64,000 bases of DNA from Gemmatimonadota bacterium (GCA_009837395.1 VXTP01000046.1:65946-129945); one strand, 5' to 3'; positions 1 through 10,112 are shown, counted from the first letter of the stretch. A program made the numbers and translations. The notes: generated from the letters alone by a model not told the origin.

Positions 1-494
1 GCTTCCAGGTTGGCCCGGGCCTGGGCCAGTTGAGGTGCTCTCAGGACAAGCGGCATGGGTGCGCCCGATCCCAGCCGGCGCCATTCGTCCTCGGCGAGGC
101 GGGCTTCCTCCTGCTCGATCTGCAGCGCGGTGGCGAACCGGGCCGTATCCGCGGCGGCACGCGTGACCGCCAGTTCCGCGTCGCGCGGGTCGAGGCGCAC
201 CAGCAACTCGTCTCTTTCGAAGAACCCGCCGGGAACAAAGGAAGGAGATACGAAGACGATCTGACCGTCTGTCTCGGCCGAGAGCGCGCTCTCGGTCCTC
301 GGCATTACCGCGCCCTGGGACCGTACCGTGAGCCGGACCGTGTCCAGCGTCGCGACGGCCGTGCGAACCAAAGGGGGCGGGACGTCCGGCATCCTGCTTT
401 CCACCACGGGCCGGCTGCGGACAAGGAAGACCATGATCAGCACCGATCCCGCGACAATGGCCAGCGGAAGGGATATTCTAAGCCACTTGTTCAT
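1..494 (-). CDS. RND efflux system periplasmic adaptor (membrane fusion protein, HlyD-like), N-terminal part; gene continues past window start
   Basis: Manual minus-strand translation from ATG at 494-492: MNKWLRISLPLAIVAGSVLIMVFLVRSRPVVESRMPDVPPPLVRTAVATLDTVRLTVRSQGAVMPRTESALSAETDGQIVFVSPSFVPGGFFERDELLVRLDPRD..., a signal-anchor followed by an adaptor-like region. Open to the window edge, so absent from the ORF track. Start lies 4 nt from the upstream OMF stop. Confidence 0.6.
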   Translation of the reverse strand, partial: MNKWLRISLPLAIVAGSVLIMVFLVRSRPVVESRMPDVPPPLVRTAVATLDTVRLTVRSQGAVMPRTESALSAETDGQIVFVSPSFVPGGFFERDELLVRLDPRDAELAVTRAAADTARFATALQIEQEEARLAEDEWRRLGSGAPMPLVLRAPQLAQARANLE

Positions 495-497
495 CCT

Positions 498-1964
498 CTA
501 CTCCTGAATTTCTCCTGATTCGCCTTTAGCTTGTTGATCTCCTGGTTCACCGGCTTCCGTTGCCATTCCTTCGAATCCGCCGCCCAGCGCCAGGTAGAGG
601 TCTACCCGGGCGTCCAGCCGTTGACGCCGCACGGCCAGGTACTGTCCCTCGGAATCGAAGGCGCGCCGCTGGGCGTCCAGCATGGTGATCACGTCGCTCA
701 GTCCGCCGTGGTAACGCGATTCCGCCAGTTCGCGGGCGGCCGCCGCCTGCGTCGTCGCTTCAAGGAGCGCGGCTTCGCGCCGCCGGAGAAGCCCATCCGC
801 GGCCAGGGCGGTCTCCACCTCCCCGTAGGCGCGCAGGGCCCGGTCCGCGAAGTTCGCCAGGACCTGGTCCCTGTTGGCCTCGGCCAGGTCCACTCCAGCA
901 CTGAGCCGTCCACCCTGGAACAGGGGCTGCAGCAGGCTGGACACGAGGCTCCAGACGATGAAATCGCCATCGAGGAGGTCGGTCAGCGCGGCCGTGGACG
1001 TCCCGCCCGAACCGGTCAGACGTATGGCCGGGTACCGCGCTTTCTTCGCTACGCCGATCCGGGCGCCGGCCGCGGCGAGCTGCCGCTCGGCCAGCATCAG
1101 GTCCGGCCGGCGCGCAATGAGATCGGCGGGCAGTCCTGCCGGCACGGTCGAGGGTACGGGAGGAAGGTCTGAAGCGATGGCGAGTTCGGCCGAGGGATAC
1201 CTGCCGAGTAGGATCTCGAGCTGCCGGACGACGCTGTCGAAGGCCTGCATCCGCTGGAGGACGACGGCCTCGGCCGCGGCCACGTTGGCCAGTGAAAGGC
1301 GGAGATCGAGGGCGGGTCTGAGTCCGCGCGCATACCGGTTCTCGATCCGTTCGTTCACCTCGCTGAAATTGTCTCTCGTCGCCCGGGCCAGATCGAGTTG
1401 GCGGCGGGCTTCTATGGCGGCGAACCACGCCTTGGCGGTCTGACCGGCCACGGACGACCGGACGCCATAGAGGTCTGCCTGCGAACCCTGCAGATCCGCC
1501 AGCGCGGCCGCCTTGTCATCGCTCAGCCGTCCCCACAGGTCGATCTCCCAGTTGATGTTCGTCGACACGCCGTAGTTCGTCGACGTCGTCTTCAGCACGC
1601 CGCCGTTCCCGCCGGGGATCGGGAATCCGATGAAATTCCGGCGTGTCCTGGTCCGGTTGAAATCCAGGCTGACCTGGGGAAGGAGGGGGGCGCCCACGAT
1701 GCGCGCCTGGGCCCGCGCGGCCTGCATTCGGCCGGTGACCGACTTGAGTTCGAAGTTGCGGTAGAGGGCTTCGTCGATGAGCCCGTCCAACCGGGCGTCG
1801 CTGAAATCCGACCACCAGCGCTCATCGATCATGCCGCCTTCCGACGGCGCGGCGGTCCACTGGAGAGGAACCGGGGTTTCGAGGGACGGATGCTGCGGTT
1901 TCGGCGCCGAAGCGCAACCGGACACCAGCGCCGCGGACACGAATACGAGCACGAGCATGACCAT
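498..1964 (-). CDS. Outer membrane efflux lipoprotein, NodT/TolC family (RND outer membrane factor)
   Basis: 520-aa ORF 498..2060. Likely start at the internal MVMLVLVFVSAALVSGC lipobox (LVSGC). Two TolC-like repeats, typical OMF length. Confidence 0.85.
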   Translation of the reverse strand: MVMLVLVFVSAALVSGCASAPKPQHPSLETPVPLQWTAAPSEGGMIDERWWSDFSDARLDGLIDEALYRNFELKSVTGRMQAARAQARIVGAPLLPQVSLDFNRTRTRRNFIGFPIPGGNGGVLKTTSTNYGVSTNINWEIDLWGRLSDDKAAALADLQGSQADLYGVRSSVAGQTAKAWFAAIEARRQLDLARATRDNFSEVNERIENRYARGLRPALDLRLSLANVAAAEAVVLQRMQAFDSVVRQLEILLGRYPSAELAIASDLPPVPSTVPAGLPADLIARRPDLMLAERQLAAAGARIGVAKKARYPAIRLTGSGGTSTAALTDLLDGDFIVWSLVSSLLQPLFQGGRLSAGVDLAEANRDQVLANFADRALRAYGEVETALAADGLLRRREAALLEATTQAAAARELAESRYHGGLSDVITMLDAQRRAFDSEGQYLAVRRQRLDARVDLYLALGGGFEGMATEAGEPGDQQAKGESGEIQE

Positions 1965-2189
1965 GGCTGATCGCAAGAAAACCTCCTGCCGGGCGGTGGC
2001 GGCGATCCTTGTTGCGCGCCATTTCGTAAGGACGTCGAACACAGAGAAAACTCGGAACATCCGCTTTTTACGTCAAGGCATTTCATGGTTGGACAGCCCG
2101 CGAAATAAACCCATGCGGATCATTTCATATATCTGTTGCAATTCGTACGCGGCTTCGTTATATGGTATGCGCCGTAGACGGAATGCGCC

Positions 2190-2265
2190 GGGTTGACCGG
2201 CGGCCCGACGGCCGGGTTGACCGGCGGCCCGACGGCCGGGTTGACCGGCGGCCAGGTTGACAGGC
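2190..2265. repeat. 24-bp tandem repeat x3 (gggttgaccggcggcccgacggcc) in the cysC 5' region
   Basis: Two perfect units and one partial unit read directly at 2190-2261. Confidence 0.85.
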
Positions 2266-2308
2266 TGCCCGGGCGGCCTGGCGGACCAGCAAATGCAGGA
2301 GATGAGGC

Positions 2309-2845
2309 ATGGGGGAAAGACCGCGCGAAGCGAAGAAACCCTTTGTCCTGTGGTTCACCGGGTTGTCCGGATCTGGAAAGAGCACGATCGCGGACCGGGT
2401 CCACCGAAGTCTGCGGGAGGGCAGGATCAAGGCGGAACGGCTGGACGGAGATGAAATCCGGGCCGTTTTCCCTGACACAGGGTTCGACAGACCCGGACGC
2501 ATGGCCCACATCGCCCGCGTGGGTTACCTGGCGTCGGTCCTCGAGCGAAACGGCATCTGTACGATCGTGTCGCTCATTTCGCCATACCGGGAGGCCCGGG
2601 AGGAAGTCCGGCGACGCTGCGGACGGTTTATCGAAGTGCACCTGTCCACGCCCCTGGATGTGTGCGAGGCCCGGGATGTAAAGGGACTGTACGCCAAATC
2701 AAGGCGGGGCGAGATCAGCGGGTTTACCGGACTGGACGATCCCTACGAAGCCCCGGAAGCGCCGGAATTGCGTATCGACACCTCGCGGCTGACGGCCGCG
2801 GCATCCGAGAAGATGGTCATGGAACACATCGCCCCCTTTCTGTAG
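2309..2845 (+). CDS. cysC: Adenylylsulfate (APS) kinase
   Basis: Canonical motifs [10 protein letters not shown]-loop, [27 protein letters not shown] Shine-Dalgarno 7 nt upstream. Confidence 0.9.
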   Translation: MGERPREAKKPFVLWFTGLSGSGKSTIADRVHRSLREGRIKAERLDGDEIRAVFPDTGFDRPGRMAHIARVGYLASVLERNGICTIVSLISPYREAREEVRRRCGRFIEVHLSTPLDVCEARDVKGLYAKSRRGEISGFTGLDDPYEAPEAPELRIDTSRLTAAASEKMVMEHIAPFL

Positions 2846-2846
2846 G

Positions 2847-3758
2847 ATGATCATGCCCCGTTATTCCATCTCACACCTGATGCAGCTCGAAGCCGAGAGC
2901 ATCCACGTCATGCGCGAGGTCGCCGCGGAATTCGAGCGGCCCGTCATGCTGTATTCCGTCGGCAAGGATTCCTCGGTCATGCTGCACCTGGCGCGCAAGG
3001 CCTTCTATCCGCAGAAACTGCCCTTCCCGCTCATGCACGTCGACACCGGATACAAGTTCGAGGAGATGTACGACTTCCGAAGGCGCATGGCCGAGGAATA
3101 CGAGGCGGACCTGATCGTCCACCGCAACGAGGAAGCCATCGCCGAAGGCGCCAATCCCTACGACCTGGGCACGCAAAGGTGCTGCGGCCTGCTTAAGACG
3201 CAGGCCCTGCTCGACGGGCTAAAGGAAGGACGCTTCGACGCCGCGCTGGGCGGCGCACGGCGCGAGGAGGAGAAATCACGGGCCAAGGAACGGTTCTTTT
3301 CCTTCCGGGACCGCTTCGGCCAGTGGGATCCGAAGAACCAGCGGCCCGAACTGTGGAACCTCTACAATTGCCGCATCGGCCAGGAGGAATCCATCCGGGT
3401 CTTCCCCCTCTCCAACTGGACTGAGCTGGATATCTGGATGTACATCCAACGGGAGGACATCCCGGTCGTACCCCTGTATTTCGCCCGGGAGCGCGAGGTC
3501 GTGGTCCGGGGAGAGCAACTGATCCCCCTGGAAGGGCAGGCGCGCCTGCTGCCCGGCGAGACCCCCCGCTCCATGGTCTGCCGGTTCCGCACGCTGGGCT
3601 GCTCGCCCTGCACCGGCGCCGTCAAGTCCTCGGCGACTTCCGTCGAAGAGATCATCGAGGAAATGATGGTCGAGCGCATCTCGGAACGTTCCACCCGCAT
3701 CATCGATCACGACCAGGAAGGGTCGATGGAGTTGAAGAAACGGGAGGGCTATTTCTGA
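2847..3758 (+). CDS. cysD: Sulfate adenylyltransferase subunit 2
   Basis: Near-colinear with E. coli CysD from recall ([20 protein letters not shown]..., C-terminal [12 protein letters not shown]). Start is 2 nt after the cysC stop. Confidence 0.95.
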   Translation: MIMPRYSISHLMQLEAESIHVMREVAAEFERPVMLYSVGKDSSVMLHLARKAFYPQKLPFPLMHVDTGYKFEEMYDFRRRMAEEYEADLIVHRNEEAIAEGANPYDLGTQRCCGLLKTQALLDGLKEGRFDAALGGARREEEKSRAKERFFSFRDRFGQWDPKNQRPELWNLYNCRIGQEESIRVFPLSNWTELDIWMYIQREDIPVVPLYFAREREVVVRGEQLIPLEGQARLLPGETPRSMVCRFRTLGCSPCTGAVKSSATSVEEIIEEMMVERISERSTRIIDHDQEGSMELKKREGYF

Positions 3759-3855
3759 AGCCGGTTCAAATACCGAAACGGAGGTCCAGGCACCGAGACA
3801 ACCCTTCGACCACCGAAGGGGCGATCAGGCCTCACGACCGGCAGCGCAACCTGAT

Positions 3856-5778
3856 ATGACCGACATCCAGGCTTTTTTGACCCAGAACGAAGAAAAGGAA
3901 CTGCTGCGCTTCAGTACGGCGGGCAGCGTGGACGACGGCAAGTCCACGCTGATCGGCAGGCTCCTAGCCGACTCGAAGAACATCTACGAGGACCACCTCG
4001 CCTCCCTCAGACAGTTGTCCCGCAAGGACGAAGCGCCCGATCTGGCCCTGTTGCTGGACGGCCTCAAGGCCGAGCGGGAGCAGGGCATCACCATCGACGT
4101 GGCCTACCGCTATTTCTCGACGCCGAAGCGGAAGTTCATCATCGCCGACACCCCCGGCCACGAACAGTACACGCGGAACATGGCGACCGGCGCGTCCGGC
4201 GCCAACCTGGCGATCGTGCTCGTCGACGCGCGCAACGGCGTGCTGACGCAGACCCGCCGCCACGCCTTCATCACGTCCCTGCTCGGCATCCAGCACCTCG
4301 TCGTCGCCGTGAACAAGATGGACATGGTCGATTACAGCGAAGCGGTTTTCGACGACATCCGCCGCGTCTTCCTGGACTACGCCGCCAAGCTGAGCGTGAG
4401 CGACATCCGGCTCGTACCGGTGAGCGCCCTCCACGGCGACAACGTGGTGGAGAAAAGCGGCCGCATGCCGTGGTACCACGGGCAGACCGTGCTGGATATC
4501 CTAGAGGACGTGCAGTTCCTGACCGACCGCAACCTGGTGGATCTGCGCTTCCCCGTACAGTACGTCATCCGCCCCCACCAGAACGCGCGGTTCTACGCGG
4601 GTTCGGTGCTGTCCGGCGTGGTCCGGCCCGGGGATGAAGTGCTGGTCCTGCCCGGGCAGAACCGGACGCGGGTGAAGTCCGTGTCCAGTTTCGACGGCGA
4701 CCTCGATGAGGCGTATCCGCCCATGTCCGTTTCGCTGCAGCTGGAGGACGAGGTGGACATAAGCCGGGGCGACATGATCGTCCATCCGAAGAACCTGCCC
4801 CACGTGGACCGGCGGTTCGAAGCCATGATGGTCTGGATGGGCGAGGCGCCCATGGAACCGTCCCGTCACTACCTGATCAAGCAGACCACGCAGACCGCCC
4901 GCGTGAGCATCGATCACGTCGACTACCGCATCGATGTCGATACGCTGCACAAAGTCGACGTTTCCCGCCTTACGCTGAACGATATCGGCCGCGTGGCCCT
5001 GACCTCGAACCGGCCCCTCTTCCACGACGCGTACCAGAACAACCGGCTGACCGGGAGTTTCATCCTGGTGGACTACCTGACCAACCATACCGTGGCCGCG
5101 GGCATGATCATCGACCGGCTGCCGGAAGACCGCGTGCCCATGGACGTGGACGCCGGTTCCGAGCCCCGGGCCTCCACGTCGAAGCGGTCCAGCCTGGTGG
5201 ACCCGGACCGGCGGATTGCGCGATATGGGCAGAAGCCCTGCACGATCTGGATCACGGGACTGGTGGGATCGGGAAAGTCGGCCGTCACTTTCGGACTCGA
5301 GGCGGCACTGTACGAAGAGGGATACTCGGTGGTGGTGCTGGACAGTTCGGTCGTCCGCAGCGGGCTCAGCCGGGACCTGGGCTTCTCGGCGGCGGACCAG
5401 GCCGAGAACCTGCGGCGCGTGGCCGAGTGCGCCCGTGTGCTCAACGACGCGGGCCTCATCGTCGTCGCCTCCTTCATCTCGCCGAGCGAAGAAGGCCGCC
5501 GCCAGGTCGCCGAACGGATCGGAACCGACCGGTACGTGGAAGTCTTCGTCGACGCATCGCTGGACTGGTGCCGGAAGCACGATACCACGGGCTGTTACGT
5601 CAAGTCGGACCGGGGTCTGCTGCGCAACCTCGCCGGGGTGGACTACCCCTACGAAAGGCCGCTTGACCCGGCGGTGAAGGTCGCGTCCGAGACCGACCCG
5701 GTGGACCGTTCCGTATCACGCATCGTAGCGGTGTTGAAGGAGAAAGGCTACCTGCTCACCATCCCGTCAGCCCCATGA
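3856..5778 (+). CDS. cysN: Bifunctional sulfate adenylyltransferase subunit 1 (GTPase) / APS-kinase-like C-terminal domain (CysNC)
   Basis: N-terminal GTPase G1 motif [16 protein letters not shown]-terminal ~180 aa APS-kinase fold ([10 protein letters not shown]-loop, FISPSEE), but the DGDN motif is replaced by LDSSVVR. Confidence 0.9.
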   Translation: MTDIQAFLTQNEEKELLRFSTAGSVDDGKSTLIGRLLADSKNIYEDHLASLRQLSRKDEAPDLALLLDGLKAEREQGITIDVAYRYFSTPKRKFIIADTPGHEQYTRNMATGASGANLAIVLVDARNGVLTQTRRHAFITSLLGIQHLVVAVNKMDMVDYSEAVFDDIRRVFLDYAAKLSVSDIRLVPVSALHGDNVVEKSGRMPWYHGQTVLDILEDVQFLTDRNLVDLRFPVQYVIRPHQNARFYAGSVLSGVVRPGDEVLVLPGQNRTRVKSVSSFDGDLDEAYPPMSVSLQLEDEVDISRGDMIVHPKNLPHVDRRFEAMMVWMGEAPMEPSRHYLIKQTTQTARVSIDHVDYRIDVDTLHKVDVSRLTLNDIGRVALTSNRPLFHDAYQNNRLTGSFILVDYLTNHTVAAGMIIDRLPEDRVPMDVDAGSEPRASTSKRSSLVDPDRRIARYGQKPCTIWITGLVGSGKSAVTFGLEAALYEEGYSVVVLDSSVVRSGLSRDLGFSAADQAENLRRVAECARVLNDAGLIVVASFISPSEEGRRQVAERIGTDRYVEVFVDASLDWCRKHDTTGCYVKSDRGLLRNLAGVDYPYERPLDPAVKVASETDPVDRSVSRIVAVLKEKGYLLTIPSAP

Positions 5779-7363
5779 TCCAGTAGGCGGTCTGGGCGAC
5801 GATGAAGAGCAGGAGGAAGGCGATGGCCAGGGGCATGAGGCCGCTCACCACGGTCCACTTCACGCTTCGGGTCTCCCGGTAGACCGTCCACATGGTGGTC
5901 GAACAGGGGTTGTGCAGCAGGGAGAAGAGCATCAGGCATACGGCGGTGAGGAGCGTCCATCCCTGCTGGTTCACCAGGAGATGCTGCAGTTCGGCCATCG
6001 TGTCCAGTTCGATCATCATGCCCGCGCCGGTATAGGCCATGATGATGGTCGGGACCACGATTTCGTTGGCGGGTATGGCGATGATGTAGGCCAACAGAAT
6101 CACGCCGTCGAGGCCGATGGCCCGTCCCACGGGTTCCAGCCACTGAGAGACCCAGACCGTCAGGCTCTGCCCCCCGGCGTGGATGTTGCTCAGCAGCCAG
6201 ATCACGCCGCCCGCCGGCACGGCCATGACCACCGCCCGCCACAACACGAAGATCGTCCGGTCGATCAGTGAAGTGTAGAGCACGCGCAGGATGCTGGGAC
6301 GCCGGTAGGGCGGTAGCTCCAGCGTGAAGCTGCTGGCTTCGCCCCGGAGGAAGGACCGGGACAGCACGGCCGAAACCAGCAGGGTCGTCGCGGCGCCGAT
6401 CAGGACGATGAGGACCAGGGAACCGGCTGCAGCCATGGCCGCGAAGGCCGGCGGAAAGGCCGCCGCCACGAAGAGGGTGGCCAGTATGATCAGCGTGGGC
6501 CACCGCCCGTTGCAGGGCATGAAGTTGTTGGTCAGGATGGCGATCAGCCGCTCCCGGGGGGAATCAATGACCCGGCAGGCCACGACCCCGGCCGCGTTGC
6601 AGCCCAGTCCCATGCTCATGGTGAGGGCCTGCTTGCCGTGGGCGCCCGCCTTCTTGAACAGGGCGTCGACGTTGAAGGCCACGCGGGGGAGGTATCCCAG
6701 GTCTTCCAGTATGGTGAATATGGGAAAGAAGATCGCCATGGGCGGCAGCATGACGGCGATCACCCAGGCCAGCCCCCGGTACACGCCGTGCCAGATGAAC
6801 CCGGTGACCCACCAGGGCATCCCGAGCCACTCGAAGAGCTCTACGCCGCGTGCACCCAGCCAGAACAGTCCTTCGGCCAGCATGGAGGAGGGCACGTTGG
6901 CGCCCGATATCGTGATCCAGAAGACGACGCCCAGGAGCAGGGCCATGAACGGCAGGCCCCAGATCCTCGAGGTCACGATGCGGTCCAGCTTCTGGTCCCA
7001 GGGATAGGAAGCCGTTTCGTCGGTGCGGACCACCTTCCGGGTGATGGCCTCGGCATCCAGGTAGATGGCCTCGACGATTTCATCCCGGTACGATCCGTCC
7101 AGGCCCCGTTGCATCTCCTCGACCCGTCCGAGGATGTCCTCGCCGGCCGTGGCTTTTGTCGAAGTTTCGCTCACGATCTCATTTCCCGTCAATTGTACCG
7201 GCCTGGATGCCCATCCGGCTGAATTCGCCCGTTTCCAGGGCCCGTCGCACCCGGTAGTCGCCGTCGAGCAGCCTGAAGGCGATCCAGCGGGGGTTCGGCA
7301 GGTCCGGGTAGGATGCCTGAAGCATGCCGGTGATCGTATCCACCGTTCGGTCGAGTTCGTCAT
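5756..7363 (-). CDS. feoB: Ferrous iron transporter FeoB, membrane (C-terminal) portion; frame differs from the upstream G-domain ORF
   Basis: Polytopic membrane domain with FeoB gate motifs. ORF overlaps the 7179..8054 ORF in another frame, so a frameshift is implied near 7180-7260. Converges on and overlaps the cysNC 3' end by 22 bp. Confidence 0.8.
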   Translation of the reverse strand: MTNSTERWIRSPACFRHPTRTCRTPAGSPSGCSTATTGCDGPWKRANSAGWASRPVQLTGNEIVSETSTKATAGEDILGRVEEMQRGLDGSYRDEIVEAIYLDAEAITRKVVRTDETASYPWDQKLDRIVTSRIWGLPFMALLLGVVFWITISGANVPSSMLAEGLFWLGARGVELFEWLGMPWWVTGFIWHGVYRGLAWVIAVMLPPMAIFFPIFTILEDLGYLPRVAFNVDALFKKAGAHGKQALTMSMGLGCNAAGVVACRVIDSPRERLIAILTNNFMPCNGRWPTLIILATLFVAAAFPPAFAAMAAAGSLVLIVLIGAATTLLVSAVLSRSFLRGEASSFTLELPPYRRPSILRVLYTSLIDRTIFVLWRAVVMAVPAGGVIWLLSNIHAGGQSLTVWVSQWLEPVGRAIGLDGVILLAYIIAIPANEIVVPTIIMAYTGAGMMIELDTMAELQHLLVNQQGWTLLTAVCLMLFSLLHNPCSTTMWTVYRETRSVKWTVVSGLMPLAIAFLLLFIVAQTAYWIMGLTGW

Positions 7364-7913
7364 TGCCCGTTATGCGCCGCGGCGCGTTCTTGATCTCGCC
7401 CTGGATCACGTCGGCGACCGTGCGCATCAACAGGCCCAGCCCCTCCTTCTTCCGGGCCGACACGGGCACGACCGGCACGCCCAGCTCCCGGGAGAGCGAA
7501 CGGTGATCCACCGAGATTCCCTTGCGCGCGGCCTCGTCCATCAGGTTCAGGCAGACCACCGCTCTTTCCGTGATCTCCAGCACCTGGAGCACGAGGTTGA
7601 GATTGCGCTCGAGCATGGTGGCGTCGACGACGATCAACGTGCAGTCGGGACGGCCGAAGAGGATGAAGTCCCGGGCGATCTCCTCGTCGATGGACGCCGA
7701 CAGCAGGGAATACGTGCCGGGCAGGTCGATCATCTTGTACCTGTTGCCGTTGAACTCGAAGCCGCCCTCGGCCCGGTTCACCGTCTTACCGGGCCAGTTC
7801 CCCGTATGCTGCTTCAGTCCGGTCAAGGCATTGAAGACCGTGCTCTTTCCCACGTTAGGGTTCCCCGCCAGGGCGATGACATAGTCCCACCGGTCCAGCG
7901 ATACGCCCATCTG
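7179..7913 (-). CDS. feoB: FeoB N-terminal GTPase domain (G-domain plus GDI-like helical region)
   Basis: ALAGNPNVGKSTVFNALTG G1 motif, ...[23 protein letters not shown]. Probable start at MGVSLDRWDYV (7913). The ORF-track N-terminal extension to 8054 encodes APPGTSGT repeats derived from a DNA tandem repeat. Confidence 0.8.
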   Translation of the reverse strand, partial: QMGVSLDRWDYVIALAGNPNVGKSTVFNALTGLKQHTGNWPGKTVNRAEGGFEFNGNRYKMIDLPGTYSLLSASIDEEIARDFILFGRPDCTLIVVDATMLERNLNLVLQVLEITERAVVCLNLMDEAARKGISVDHRSLSRELGVPVVPVSARKKEGLGLLMRTVADVIQGEIKNAPRRITGNDELDRTVDTITGMLQASYPDLPNPRWIAFRLLDGDYRVRRALETGEFSRMGIQAGTIDGK

Positions 7914-8050
7914 CACCAGGTTCTCCTGCAGTGCGCACGACGCGCAGTCGTGACCGGGTGGTGCGGACGATCCGGTCGTTCCGGAGGTTCCGGGTGGGGC
8001 GGCCGTTTCCTGGGGTGTGCCGGATGTTCCGGGAGGTGCGGCGTCGGTAC

Positions 8051-9067
8051 TCATGCGTCGATCTCCTGTTCATTCCGCGGTGCTCTTTCGATCCGGATCA
8101 GATCGCTCTGTTCGCGGCGCAGCGCGATCATCGTATTGCGAACCCGGTAGGCCGTGGGATCGCTGAAGGCGCTTTGCATGACCCGCTCGACGCGCGCGCC
8201 GGGCGTAAGGCCCAGGTCCTGGAACCGCCTTCGGGTCAGGCCCTGGCAGGCCGGCGCCAGTCCGACGACCCGGCCTGCCTCGCCGTGGGCCAGCGTGGTG
8301 AGCGGTACGCCCGCCGGCTCGGTGTCTTCTGTGGGCGCCTCCCGCACGGACACGTTCGCGGCGACGACCGGCGCCAGCACGTGTTCGGCGTCCGGCGTGC
8401 CGATGACCACCCGCACTGGCGACATGTCCACGATCGTGATGACCATCCCGGGATGAAGGTCCTCGGCGATGATCTGGGCGTACACTTCGGGCGGTTCGTC
8501 CTCGATATGCACGATCAGCGCCGGTACGCCCGCCGGCCAGTCGACGAGCTTCTGGCTCTCGATCTCCTTCATGTCGCCGGAGGCATTCGGGATCGGATCC
8601 CCCTGGGGATCGAAGGCGGGATGGCCCATGTCGGCGTCCATCTTGTCGACCTGCGCCTCGGTCACCGTGTGCTCCAGCCGGTGGGCGCGGGCATGGATCT
8701 CTTCCCGGGGCACCGAAGTTTCATCGGCGAGATACCGCTCGAACAGCCGGTGGGCCCGGACGATCTGGAGCGCCCAACGATGGCCCACCGCCGTGAGCCG
8801 CATGCCCTGGCCCGTCACGACCACGAGGTCGAGTTGCGCCATGCGGTTGACCAGGACCAGCGTGTGTTTCGTCGACGTGCCCAGGGTGTTGGAAAGGGAC
8901 TCCACGGACGCCGGGCGGCCGTCGTGCTGGAACTGGTGCAGATGGGCGAGGGCGTCCTCCACGGCTTGCCGGGAATGCAACCAGCGCCGGCGCCGGATGC
9001 GCCAGAACAGGCCGTACTGCGGCACGAAAAGTGCGCCGGCCAGGATGAGCACAATGATACCGGTCAT
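8051..9067 (-). CDS. DtxR/MntR-family metalloregulator paralog with N-terminal transmembrane anchor and two C-terminal FeoA/SH3-like domains
   Basis: N-terminal MTGIIVLILAGALFVPQYGLFWRIRRRR (TM helix followed by an Arg cluster). DtxR-like core ...RAHRLFERYLADE...HRLEHTVTEAQVDKMDADMGHPAFDPQGDPIP. Two FeoA-like segments. ATGA start/stop overlap with the upstream dtxR. Confidence 0.7.
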   Translation of the reverse strand: MTGIIVLILAGALFVPQYGLFWRIRRRRWLHSRQAVEDALAHLHQFQHDGRPASVESLSNTLGTSTKHTLVLVNRMAQLDLVVVTGQGMRLTAVGHRWALQIVRAHRLFERYLADETSVPREEIHARAHRLEHTVTEAQVDKMDADMGHPAFDPQGDPIPNASGDMKEIESQKLVDWPAGVPALIVHIEDEPPEVYAQIIAEDLHPGMVITIVDMSPVRVVIGTPDAEHVLAPVVAANVSVREAPTEDTEPAGVPLTTLAHGEAGRVVGLAPACQGLTRRRFQDLGLTPGARVERVMQSAFSDPTAYRVRNTMIALRREQSDLIRIERAPRNEQEIDA

Positions 9068-9756
9068 GGGTCTGCCCGCCCGTCGTCGCTCCCTTCGCCG
9101 GCCGCCAGGCTTTCGACCAGGACGGTACGCGCGACCTGGCGCCCGATGTGGTGTTCCTCTCCGGCAATGCGCAGGAGCATGGGGCCTTCGAAGGGCTCCT
9201 TATTCAGCACCTCCACGGTGCTTTCCGGCCGCAGACCGAGTTTCGCCAGGTACCGGAGCAGCTCCGGATCCGTGTCGGTCACGCGGCGGACGACCACGGT
9301 AGTGCCGGCTTCCTTGTCGGACAGCTTCTCGTGATTCGAGGTGGCGATGGACCCGTCCTTCGTCGGAATGGGCGAGCCGTGGGGATCCGTCGTCGGGTAT
9401 CCCAGCATGGCGTCGATCTTGTCCTCGAACTCTTCGGAGATCACGTGTTCGAGCCGTTCAGCTTCCGCGTCCACCTGGTCCCACGTAAACCCGAGCGCTT
9501 CCGCCATATACACCTCCAGCAGCCGGTGATGGCGGATGATTTCGAGGGCAATCTTTCTTCCTGCGTCGGTCAGCCTGATCGCCTGGTAGGGCCGATGCTC
9601 GACCAGCCCCGACTCCGACAGCCGCTTCATCATGTTGGTCACGGAGGCGGCCGATACGCCCATCCGGTCCGCGACGGCATTGGTCGACGCGGTTTCCGCG
9701 TTCTCCTGCAGCTTGTAGATGGTTTTCAGGTAATCTTCGGTGGCGGGTGTGGGCAT
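9064..9756 (-). CDS. DtxR/IdeR/MntR-family metal-dependent transcriptional repressor with C-terminal FeoA/SH3-like domain
   Basis: MPTPATEDYLKTIYKL...IIRHHRLLEVYMAEALGFTWDQVDAEAERLEHVISEEFEDKIDAMLGYPTTDPHGSPIP. The ORF-track start at 9837 is probably an upstream extension. Confidence 0.8.
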   Translation of the reverse strand: MPTPATEDYLKTIYKLQENAETASTNAVADRMGVSAASVTNMMKRLSESGLVEHRPYQAIRLTDAGRKIALEIIRHHRLLEVYMAEALGFTWDQVDAEAERLEHVISEEFEDKIDAMLGYPTTDPHGSPIPTKDGSIATSNHEKLSDKEAGTTVVVRRVTDTDPELLRYLAKLGLRPESTVEVLNKEPFEGPMLLRIAGEEHHIGRQVARTVLVESLAAGEGSDDGRADP

Positions 9757-9810
9757 GAGATCGACCCAAATCCGGTTACGGCGATGACTGTTCAGAAACG
9801 ACGCTATTTT

Positions 9811-9880
9811 TAGACTGGGATAAATATATAGTTTCATTACGTATGTGTCAACAATTAGATTGGAAAAAATCCAGACTCAT
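9811..9880 (-). promoter_or_regulatory. Candidate sigma70-like promoter of dtxR (TTGACA-17-TATATT on the minus strand) flanked by three AGAYTGG half-sites (putative metalloregulator operator)
   Basis: rc of 9845-9850 = TTGACA; rc of 9823-9828 = TATATT, spacer 17. TAGACTGG (9811-9818), TTAGATTGG (9855-9863) and inverted CCAGACT (9871-9877) flank and overlap the promoter. Confidence 0.4.
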
Positions 9881-9899
9881 CTGAAAGGTCGCCGGCAAC

Positions 9900-10080
9900 C
9901 GCGTCCGGTCGGGCACCGGCAGCCTCGTTTGGACAGACTCCGGCAGCCTCGTCCGGTTGGGCACCGGCAGGCCCACCCCTGGAACACGCGTGGAACACGC
10001 GCCGGATCGAAACAATCCCCTTGTTTGCGGTCGGCTCGCGCCTGTATATTCGGACTGCCGAAACGACGGACTGCCGAAAC
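9900..10080. repeat. Repeat-rich divergent intergenic region (interleaved GGGCACCGGCAG / CCGGCAGCCTCGT repeats; tandem TGGAACACGCG x2; tandem GGACTGCCGAAACG x2)
   Basis: Direct repeats read in sequence between dtxR and the receiver gene. Possible extended -10 TGTATATT at ~10040 for the plus-strand gene. Confidence 0.5.
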
Positions 10081-10112
10081 GCCGTCAGCAAGCGTGATGC
10101 GAACACGGAGCC

